Below the pieces are notes generated by a model. The model had not been told where the DNA came from and did not search any database. It saw only the letters and a list, made by a program, of their open reading frames with translations. A stretch of DNA of 32,000 nt from Pseudoalteromonas sp. G4 (GTDB lineage Bacteria > Pseudomonadota > Gammaproteobacteria > Enterobacterales > Alteromonadaceae), in contig NZ_JAPEHW010000010.1 of NCBI RefSeq assembly GCF_028875915.1, forward strand, positions 41,455-73,454. The letters are read 5' to 3'. The translations under genes were made by a program, and so were the position numbers. Shown here one piece after another: positions 19,771-26,910 of the stretch (positions are counted from its first letter, which is position 1; every line of letters starts with the position of its first letter).

Positions 19771-20192
19771 TGAAGACGATAATTCCTTTTTTCCTCATAG
19801 CTTTACTGCTTACAGGTTGCGCTCACCTAAGCCAAAATCAAACCCTTTATCAGCAGCTTGATGGTCAGCAAGGCATCGAAAATATAGTAGATAGTTTTAT
19901 TAAACGCATTGCACAAGACAAGCAAGTCTTTCATTATTTTGCTAAAGCCAGCGTGAGCCATTTCCGTGCTGGATTCATTACCCATTTATGCGATGCCGCA
20001 GACGGGCCTTGCGAGTATAAAGGCGATAATATGGTCGATATTCACACTGGCATGAATATCAATGAAGCTGACTTCAATCGTATTGTTGAGCTACTAGTTA
20101 AAGCAATGGAAGATAACAACGTAAGCTACCCAGTACAAAACCGAGTACTTGCCAAACTAGCACCACACCGTGCAGATATTATTAAGCGTTAA
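19770..20192 (+). CDS. Group I truncated haemoglobin with a lipoprotein signal peptide
   Basis: MKTIIPFFLIALLLTGC carries a lipobox (LTGC). LYQQLDGQQGIENIVDSFIKRIAQDKQVFHYF ... GPCEYKGDNMVDIHTGMNINEADFNRIVELL follows the trHbN pattern (LY-x-x-L/I-GG... F-Y, proximal His in H-x-G-M-x-I). The start is set at ATG 19770, which overlaps the upstream stop (TAATG), rather than the ORF-track start at 19740. Confidence 0.72.
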   Translation: MKTIIPFFLIALLLTGCAHLSQNQTLYQQLDGQQGIENIVDSFIKRIAQDKQVFHYFAKASVSHFRAGFITHLCDAADGPCEYKGDNMVDIHTGMNINEADFNRIVELLVKAMEDNNVSYPVQNRVLAKLAPHRADIIKR

Positions 20193-20318
20193 CTTAATTT
20201 ATTCGTAACTGGCTTAACCACCAGCAAGCAAACCCTTTTTAACGCAAGACTTAAATCGACTTTTTAACTATTGGCAAAAAATTGGCGTTATTTAGGATGG
20301 AACTATCACAAATAAAAA

Positions 20319-20348
20319 AGCCCAAGCTAAAACACTTGGGCTTTTTTA
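20319..20348 (+). terminator. Rho-independent terminator ending the backbone operon
   Basis: agcccaag-ctaaaaca-cttgggct 8-bp stem followed by TTTTTT, with an A-run upstream. Confidence 0.8.
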
Positions 20349-20495
20349 TTGAATTTGTTGAGTCAGCCTATAAGACAACTGAACATAACTGTAAGCATTT
20401 GATTTTATTAAAGGCTTGAAATCTGAAAACTGAAATTTAGTGCAACCGTGTACCAGTTTGGTATATCACGATTCTGAAATGTAGGGGTTTTAGAA

Positions 20496-20519
20496 AACCG
20501 CTTGAAAGATCAAGCGGTT
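20496..20519 (-). terminator. Candidate terminator of the minus-strand condensin-like operon
   Basis: aaccgcttg-aaagat-caagcggtt perfect 9-bp stem. Read on the minus strand it is followed by TTTTCT. It lies about 150 nt downstream of the last gene's stop (20671). Confidence 0.45.
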
Positions 20520-20563
20520 ACTAAAACTTCTGAGACAGCCGGTAAGTTAGCTCAAAATAAACA

Positions 20564-20583
20564 AGTAATATTGCCTGTTTTAA
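20564..20583 (+). repeat. Left copy of a 20-nt inverted repeat (IR-L)
   Basis: agtaatatTGCCTGTTTTAA. The reverse complement of 29514-29533 is agtaaaagTGCCTGTTTTAA, giving 18/20 identity with a 12-nt perfect core. Confidence 0.45.
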
Positions 20584-20670
20584 CCGTAGCTGTGAACCCT
20601 CACCACTTAAAAAAAGCAGTGCGTAATTTTAGAATAACTGCCCTTCAAAAGTATCGATATTAGAAAACAC

Positions 20671-21594
20671 TTACTCTTCCTTTTGAAAAGGTAATTCACA
20701 AACTATGCTTTCAAAGCGTTGATCTGCGATAAGCACTTCTTGCTCAATCCATTGTTCATTAACAACAAGTTGGGAAAGAGAGTTAGGAGGGCTTATTTCA
20801 GACCATTTTAATTTATTAGTTCCTGCCAACGATTTTCGTCGCACAGTATCCCAATGTGAGGGGATCCAAATTGAAACTTCTCTTCCAAGAGCAGATGCTA
20901 GTTGTTCTGCAATTTGAATCCCATTTGGATCTAAGTCTGGAAAGTGAACCCAACTTAGTTTGTCAAAAAACTTATTTATAAAGCAAGCCACTGCAGAAAA
21001 GTCCTGTCCAGGAGAATAAATCAATAAAACGCTATCATGTATAGGAAAGTCTACAAATGCTCCAAGATTTTCAACCGTGACAATTAAAGTCGTCGTGGAT
21101 ATTGCTATCTGAGCAATTTGTAACATTAAACGTTGAGGAATCAAGACTTCCGTTCTAATGCGAGTTTCCTCATCTGCGTTTATTGTGATAGAACCTTTGA
21201 GAGCGATTTTAAGGCTAGTGTTAAAACTACGTAACCTTATAACTTCATCAGTCGTTACAATCTGCCCGTTCATTAGGGGATCTTTTTTATTATTTTTGCT
21301 GTCACCTCTCCATGCTGCCGCAGTTTTGTGATGAATCCAGTGCATTTTTCTCAATACATTAGCTGTACCAGTTTTTGCTGGAGTTCGAACAGAGTGTATT
21401 AACTTGTCCAGACGTTCAGTTGCAATCAATGTCCATTTGCCATCCTGAAATCGTACGATTTCCAACTGTACAAGATAATCTACTAGCTTTGCTTGTCGTT
21501 GCCTTTTAGGAAGCACTCCCTCCTGCCTGAGTTCCTTCAGTACAGCTAACACCATCCTAGGTGGTAAATCTAATTCCTTAATTGAATGCATCAT
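20671..21594 (-). CDS. jetD: Toprim-domain nuclease subunit of the JetD/MksG type (short form)
   Basis: The C-terminal half has LIVTVENLGAFVDF (Toprim glutamate) and SWVHFPDLDPNGIQIAEQL (DxD), the pattern of the JetD/DUF2220 Toprim domain (E-N-x-x-x-F ... G-D-x-D-x-x-G-x-x-I). It is the fourth gene of a MukFEB-like operon. The ORF track starts at 21639 (322 aa). ATG 21594 or 21591 (307/306 aa) reduces the overlap with the upstream gene from 62 nt to 17 or 14 nt. Confidence 0.7.
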   Translation of the reverse strand: MMHSIKELDLPPRMVLAVLKELRQEGVLPKRQRQAKLVDYLVQLEIVRFQDGKWTLIATERLDKLIHSVRTPAKTGTANVLRKMHWIHHKTAAAWRGDSKNNKKDPLMNGQIVTTDEVIRLRSFNTSLKIALKGSITINADEETRIRTEVLIPQRLMLQIAQIAISTTTLIVTVENLGAFVDFPIHDSVLLIYSPGQDFSAVACFINKFFDKLSWVHFPDLDPNGIQIAEQLASALGREVSIWIPSHWDTVRRKSLAGTNKLKWSEISPPNSLSQLVVNEQWIEQEVLIADQRFESIVCELPFQKEE

Positions 21595-24500
21595 TTTTTT
21601 CCGTTTCTTTAAGCATGTCCTCCATAAATTTATCCTCATTCATAGTAAGCTCCTCCGCATCTCTAATGCCACTAACCATGACTTGATGCCTACTCTTATC
21701 GCTAGTAATATGTCTTACCAGTTGGTATCCAGTACCAATAATTTTACCTAATGACTCTGGAGCTGCTAATAGAATTTGACTTCCCGTTCGTACTGCAAGT
21801 TCATGAACAGTTTTCTGCGAATGAGCATCTAATCTAGACGCTTCATCAAGCACAAGTGGTATAGCAAACGGTTTTCTTTCATGGGACATACGTCCCCAGT
21901 TTTTGAGTATTGCAATTAACACTACTAGTCCTGAACCAATTCGCTCACCTGTGGATAAACTACTATCATCCAATGGTTCAAAACTATCACTTCCTTTACG
22001 CCTTATTTCGGTATTAACCATCAAGTAGTTTTTGTGGTCAAGCAGCTTTTCACCCTCAATACGTCCACCAGTAGTGATATGAAACAATCTGCTCAATGCT
22101 TCACTTATATCGTTTGTGTCATTGAACAAGTCATCCATTGTTTGACTACCCGCTCTTAGCGCATTTAAAGTAGCGTCAAAACCTGCCTTTGATATTGGAA
22201 CCAATCGAATTTCTTCAATTTGTCCGAACTGAATACCTCTCATTTCATGGCTAAGCTGCCTTATTGCTTTCTGCTCATCTTGGACTCGACGAGCAATAGC
22301 ATTCCCCAGCTCAGAACGATCAGTTTTAAATTGCTCTTCGGCATTACTTAAAGCTTTAGTAGCAATTTGGCAGGCGCTTTCTAATTGCTGCAACATTTCT
22401 TCTGGCTCTAGGCTACGAATAAGGTCTTGGCGTGCACGACGCCTGAAAAGCTGAACAGCTTCTGCATAACATTCGATAGGGCTTACCCCAGACATATTTT
22501 CCATTAACTTGTTTAGGAAAATAGAAAATGGATCACTCTCAGGTAATCCATACTTTACAGTATCACCAAAAATCCCGCTTAAGTGTCCAGTATTTAATTT
22601 AAACCCAGCCGATGGTATGTTACGTAAAAATTCCCGTACCATCGGTTGTAAGGTATTTCCAACATTTGCCTCATCAACTTTATTAATTAGCATATTACGT
22701 TCTTCTAACCACTTGGAACGTTGCTCCGAAGCTTCTCGTAACTCTTCTTCTAGAGCCTGCTCTTTTTTAACTAGTTCCTCTGCCCTTGCCTTAATAGTTT
22801 CAATGGCTGTTTCTAATTTCGTATGTTGTTGCTTAAGCTCTGTAACTTTTAGTTCTAAGGAAGCCTGTTGCTTTTTTAAGTGTTTTTCTAATTTTGGCTC
22901 ATAACAAAACTCTAACTCCGCAAGACTAGCCCGCGATGTTCTGATGAGACTTTCTTTTCCTCCAATCTCTGCCAATAACTCCGCATAGAGTTTATCTACT
23001 TCACTTTCCTTTTCGCGTGTATTCAGTCCCTGATTCCTTAATGTATTAACTTTAGTGGATAATATTGCATGTTGATTACGCAACAATGTTGTTGAACTCT
23101 CCTGTTCTTCTAATATTTTGCTTGCTTGTTGATAAGGTTCAGTGAAATGTTCTACCACGCTTGAAAGTGTATGTAGGTCACGAAGTATTTCCGCAGCCCT
23201 TGAATAATCAACACTTGCTTTAGCAGCATCTTGGCGTAATTGCTCTGGATTTTCTGGGTATTGTTGACGAATTAACAGTATGTTTTGTTCTATATACAAG
23301 ACTGTAGACTGATAGCATGCAAGCTGCCTTTTGGCCTTTTCACATATGGAAATTTGCTCACTACACAAGGTAATTTCTGAAACAAAGTCTCTAAAAAGTA
23401 CCGAAACTTGCGGCAAGTGTTGATCAAGTACACGGACATGTTCTTTAATTTTAGAGTCTCTCGTTTTTGCCAAATCCAATTGTTCAGATAGTACGCTCTT
23501 TTTATTGGTGACTTTATTAATTTGCTCTTGTAACGATTCAACCGCAGGCTCATCACCGAAAGCTAAAACGAGGTTAGATTGAAGATGTTGGCAATCCGTA
23601 CACGAACGTTCAATTGAACGTATGTTGGATTCAACTTCCTCAAGTTTCTGTGATGTTTCTGTCACTTGACTTTCAAGTAAAGCAATCATCCTTTCACGGG
23701 CTCTATCCCCTAAAACAGGTGAAGTTCGTATTTGGCTAATTCGTAGCCCATTGTTTTCACTTAAAACGCACCATGGTGGATCTATCTCTTGCTCACCTCC
23801 AACAAATTGTGATGTGATATCAGTAAACAATAAATCGTAGTCGAACTCACCAGAACGTAATTGCTCTATCGTTGTTCCGGCACGAAGTTTAATCAAAACA
23901 ACATCTGGTAATGACCATTCTCCCCCTTGCTCTGCTAATAACGTGCGAGCTGCTGCTTCTGGATCACTGACAATAATACCTTGTGACAGTAAACCTAACG
24001 CCGCTTCGGTAAAACCTGCTTCTTCTATAGAAATATCGGCATATAAATCAGTTACGGCAACACCATTAATACTTGCAGCAAATTGTCTCAATACTTCAAT
24101 GGTTCCTGTTTCGCAATCTCGCAATTCGTTGAGTCGTTGCTCGTTAAGTTGTATGGAGGTATCCATGATACTGCGCTGCTCACGCAGTGAATTCAAAGTT
24201 GATTTAATGCTTATCAGAAATTTGGGGAGTGTTTCTGCGTTCAACTGGTCGTTAGGGTGACGCTCTATTAGCCGACTTACTACTGGCTGATACCTTTGCC
24301 ATTCATTGTGTAATGCTTCAGTTCGAACCAACTCTTCTTCTAGGGCCAGCAACTTCTCTGCAATAGACTCTAATTCAGATTGAAGCCTTAATTTATTTTC
24401 TGTTGACTCTTCTCTAGCTTCCTTTCGTTCGTTAAGTAAATCTAAATAATCGGTATCCTCACTTGGAATGCGAGGTAATTCAGCTTGTTGTAGGATACGG

Positions 24501-26125
24501 AAGATCCCTTTAGCTTGTTCTTGTTCTCGCTTTAAAGCTGCCAATTCTCGATTTAACCCATTGAGTTGTGCTGCTTGAGGCTCCCACTCTCGCAAGTGTT
24601 CTAACTTTTGCAAAAACCACGCTTGAGCTTGCCTAGGGTCTGCTGAATCTCCCGTTAAGCGAATTTTTTCAGCTACAGATGTATGGGCTTTAATAATATC
24701 ATCAACTTGCTGTGCCATCTGATCTAAATCATTGGACAGACGGCTCAATTCAGTAACCTTTGCTTTCTCACACAGGATAATCTCTGGCAATTTTTTAAGT
24801 ACCACGGGACTACCAATTTTCTTTTCTATCTGTGAATGCAAAGATACGGCATGGGAGTACAACCCAGCCTTTTTTTGGGCTATTTCGAATCGTGTTACAG
24901 CATCAGCAAGTTGTGCATTGATAGCTTCAATATTTTCATTGAGACTAGCCATTTCATTGCGTTGTTGAGCAAGCAATTTTTTAACTTTTTCCTGATCCTG
25001 CTCCAAGTTAATTTTCTTAGGTTCCAAGCACTTTAATTCTGTCGACGCCTTTTCAAGCTGCGCAAAATAAATAGCCCCAGCATTTGCGCTCTCAACCCGC
25101 TTGAGTATGTCCTGGTAGTCATGCTCAATGATTAAAAGGTTCTCCTTAATTTCGTCAATTTTGGAAGTGTTGAGTTTGTGTTGGGACTTGTTCTCTTCAA
25201 CTAATTTTTCAATTTTAGATTTCTGGTTTTGACTTTTGGTCAAAGAATTATCTGCCTCTTCAAACCTGAACTCTACTTCCACCCAAGCTTCTACTGAAAG
25301 TGCCGCACTTCTTTTTAGCAACTTGTTGAAAAACTCGTAGTCTTTCGAATTGCGATTTAGCTCTTCTCGGGTTTGTCGCAGTTTACTCATAGTCCCTTGA
25401 AGAACACCAACAACACTTTGAATATTTGTCCTTGATTGAGTTATCAAGAATTCGCTCAAATGGCGTTCAATGGCTCTATCTCGCTTTCCAGCCATTGCAC
25501 TGTGAAATATCTGTGCTAACTTCCTTTTGTCAGGAGTACTTTGACATGCTCTTGGCAGAATGCCATCTCGAAATAAATCATACATATAAGCATCCATGCC
25601 ATCGTAGGATACAAAACCACAGCCATGCTCGGCTGCTTTATCTCTGATTAAACCTGCCGTAGCTGGTGACAACGTATGTTCATGGTACTCCACCAGACAG
25701 TCTAAAGGCTTAACGTTATGAGGAAGAGTTAAACGAAAGCATTTCACCTCCAACCTCGTGCCGCTTTCTCTTTCACACCTCACAACATAAAGTACTTGCT
25801 CCGAGCCATCACGAGACTGTATTTCAAGGCCTATGAGAGATGGATGTCCCAGACGATCAAACATCTCAGCATCTTGCATTTTTTGCTTTACATTGAAATC
25901 GTCTGAAGTACCTAAACTGACATAGCGTACATCAGGAATTAAAGAGAATATGAAAGCACCTAATAGTGTAGTTTTGCCCGCACCATTGTTACCTAGTAGA
26001 CTGACCGTCGTGCCATACTGCTTACTCGCATTAAATTCATGCGGATTAACAAGATCTAAGGTACGTGCACTGATGCCATTAACATTTACAAGTGTTAATG
26101 ACTTAATTAGCGGATACATACTCAT
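21578..26125 (-). CDS. jetC: MukB-like SMC ATPase (JetC/MksB equivalent), 1515 aa
   Basis: Collinear with E. coli MukB as I recall it.
- N-terminus: KSLTLVNVNGISARTLDL...GNNGAGKTT vs RSLTLINWNGFFARTFDL...GGNGAGKST.
- Hinge: YADISIEEAGFTEAALGLLSQGIIV...SPVLGDRARERMI vs [25 protein letters not shown]...VPLFGRAARESRI.
- C-terminal head: LLDHKNYL...LSTGERIGSGLVVLIAILKNW...LVLDEASRLDAHS...LLAAPE vs LLDYRNYL...[21 protein letters not shown]...LFLDEAARLDARS...IIAAPE.
- Long heptad-rich arms lie in between. Confidence 0.88.
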   Translation of the reverse strand: MSMYPLIKSLTLVNVNGISARTLDLVNPHEFNASKQYGTTVSLLGNNGAGKTTLLGAFIFSLIPDVRYVSLGTSDDFNVKQKMQDAEMFDRLGHPSLIGLEIQSRDGSEQVLYVVRCERESGTRLEVKCFRLTLPHNVKPLDCLVEYHEHTLSPATAGLIRDKAAEHGCGFVSYDGMDAYMYDLFRDGILPRACQSTPDKRKLAQIFHSAMAGKRDRAIERHLSEFLITQSRTNIQSVVGVLQGTMSKLRQTREELNRNSKDYEFFNKLLKRSAALSVEAWVEVEFRFEEADNSLTKSQNQKSKIEKLVEENKSQHKLNTSKIDEIKENLLIIEHDYQDILKRVESANAGAIYFAQLEKASTELKCLEPKKINLEQDQEKVKKLLAQQRNEMASLNENIEAINAQLADAVTRFEIAQKKAGLYSHAVSLHSQIEKKIGSPVVLKKLPEIILCEKAKVTELSRLSNDLDQMAQQVDDIIKAHTSVAEKIRLTGDSADPRQAQAWFLQKLEHLREWEPQAAQLNGLNRELAALKREQEQAKGIFRILQQAELPRIPSEDTDYLDLLNERKEAREESTENKLRLQSELESIAEKLLALEEELVRTEALHNEWQRYQPVVSRLIERHPNDQLNAETLPKFLISIKSTLNSLREQRSIMDTSIQLNEQRLNELRDCETGTIEVLRQFAASINGVAVTDLYADISIEEAGFTEAALGLLSQGIIVSDPEAAARTLLAEQGGEWSLPDVVLIKLRAGTTIEQLRSGEFDYDLLFTDITSQFVGGEQEIDPPWCVLSENNGLRISQIRTSPVLGDRARERMIALLESQVTETSQKLEEVESNIRSIERSCTDCQHLQSNLVLAFGDEPAVESLQEQINKVTNKKSVLSEQLDLAKTRDSKIKEHVRVLDQHLPQVSVLFRDFVSEITLCSEQISICEKAKRQLACYQSTVLYIEQNILLIRQQYPENPEQLRQDAAKASVDYSRAAEILRDLHTLSSVVEHFTEPYQQASKILEEQESSTTLLRNQHAILSTKVNTLRNQGLNTREKESEVDKLYAELLAEIGGKESLIRTSRASLAELEFCYEPKLEKHLKKQQASLELKVTELKQQHTKLETAIETIKARAEELVKKEQALEEELREASEQRSKWLEERNMLINKVDEANVGNTLQPMVREFLRNIPSAGFKLNTGHLSGIFGDTVKYGLPESDPFSIFLNKLMENMSGVSPIECYAEAVQLFRRRARQDLIRSLEPEEMLQQLESACQIATKALSNAEEQFKTDRSELGNAIARRVQDEQKAIRQLSHEMRGIQFGQIEEIRLVPISKAGFDATLNALRAGSQTMDDLFNDTNDISEALSRLFHITTGGRIEGEKLLDHKNYLMVNTEIRRKGSDSFEPLDDSSLSTGERIGSGLVVLIAILKNWGRMSHERKPFAIPLVLDEASRLDAHSQKTVHELAVRTGSQILLAAPESLGKIIGTGYQLVRHITSDKSRHQVMVSGIRDAEELTMNEDKFMEDMLKETEKNDAFN

Positions 26126-26904
26126 TCGTTTTCTTCCTTTTCAGTGCTAAAAGGGAAACTGAACATATCCATATTTTCCACTCGGTGGTTTAGATTTTCG
26201 GACCAATGTTCAGTATCTATTTCGACATTATTTGACTTCTCGCTTGGTGCGGGAGATGCAATTAAATAGCCTTCACGACTGAGACTCTCAATTTTTTCAG
26301 CTAGTTCGCTTTCATCACGTAGTCCTCTTAAAGGCTCCACAAATCTATAAATAGCAGCTGTTGGCCAGAAGGAAGTTTTATCCTTAGAAAGGTTCAGAAA
26401 ATTCAATCTTGACAAAATACTGAGGCGTTTCGTTGTTTCTGCGAGAACTTTGCTTTGGTCAAATTCAGTCTTTACTACTCCTTTCCTGCGATATAAGTCG
26501 GCAAACCTGCTATCACTAAGTTGAGAGCGTAGACGTTCAATAAGATGGCCTGTGGTCAGCCATTCATAATCTGCCGCTGATTTATCAAGTTGCATAGCGA
26601 CGATGGTCAGCCCTATCACCATCGTCAGTTGGTCAAGACGGCTCTTGGGAATTAATGTACGACGTTGCGGTTGAAGGAAGTAGACGCCTTCATTTGTACA
26701 TTCAAGTGAGAGGTAAAATTTTTGATAGTACTTTGTTAACTCAGTTTCCGCTTGCTGTAAAAAACTATGTAGATGATCATATTCATCCGTAATATTTACT
26801 CCTGCTCGCAGTCGGTAGTCTGTCTCAGGAAATACATCATCATCCAATACATCAAGAATTGAATCGTACAGTTTTTCGTTATTACTAGCTTGCTCTTTAA
26901 TCAT
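26122..26904 (-). CDS. jetB: MukE-like subunit (JetB/MksE equivalent)
   Basis: 260-aa ORF. FLQQAETELTKYYQKFYLSLECTNEGVYFLQPQRRTLIPKSRLDQLTMVIG parallels MukE [51 protein letters not shown], and the protein has an acidic C-terminal tail. ATGA overlap with the downstream SMC gene. GAGGGAG lies just upstream of its ATG. Confidence 0.8.
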   Translation of the reverse strand: MIKEQASNNEKLYDSILDVLDDDVFPETDYRLRAGVNITDEYDHLHSFLQQAETELTKYYQKFYLSLECTNEGVYFLQPQRRTLIPKSRLDQLTMVIGLTIVAMQLDKSAADYEWLTTGHLIERLRSQLSDSRFADLYRRKGVVKTEFDQSKVLAETTKRLSILSRLNFLNLSKDKTSFWPTAAIYRFVEPLRGLRDESELAEKIESLSREGYLIASPAPSEKSNNVEIDTEHWSENLNHRVENMDMFSFPFSTEKEENE

Positions 26905-26910
26905 ACTCCC

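Noticed and set aside
20247-20255. AGACTTAAA, a 9-nt match to part of the right inverted-repeat region (29510-29518)
   Set aside because: It is too short and A/T-rich to mean anything alone. It also lies upstream of the backbone terminator, so probably outside the island.
20349-20670. Search for a tRNA/tmRNA or direct-repeat att site at the island's left edge
   Set aside because: I could find no cloverleaf-compatible sequence or T-loop (GGTTCGAATCC-like) motif. The right end of the island is outside the window, so direct repeats cannot be assessed.
21595-21639. Longest-ORF start of the JetD-like gene
   Set aside because: It is not firmly excluded, but it would overlap the SMC gene by 62 nt. 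The tandem ATGs at 21594 and 21591 are more typical of coupled genes. The feature is reported from 21594, with this caveat.
22509-25647. Plus-strand ORFs of 66-131 aa, and the minus-strand 23290-23556 ORF, inside the SMC gene
   Set aside because: They are shadow or alternative-frame ORFs within the 1515-aa MukB-like reading frame. They are Ser/Leu/Phe-rich, with no SD or motif support.
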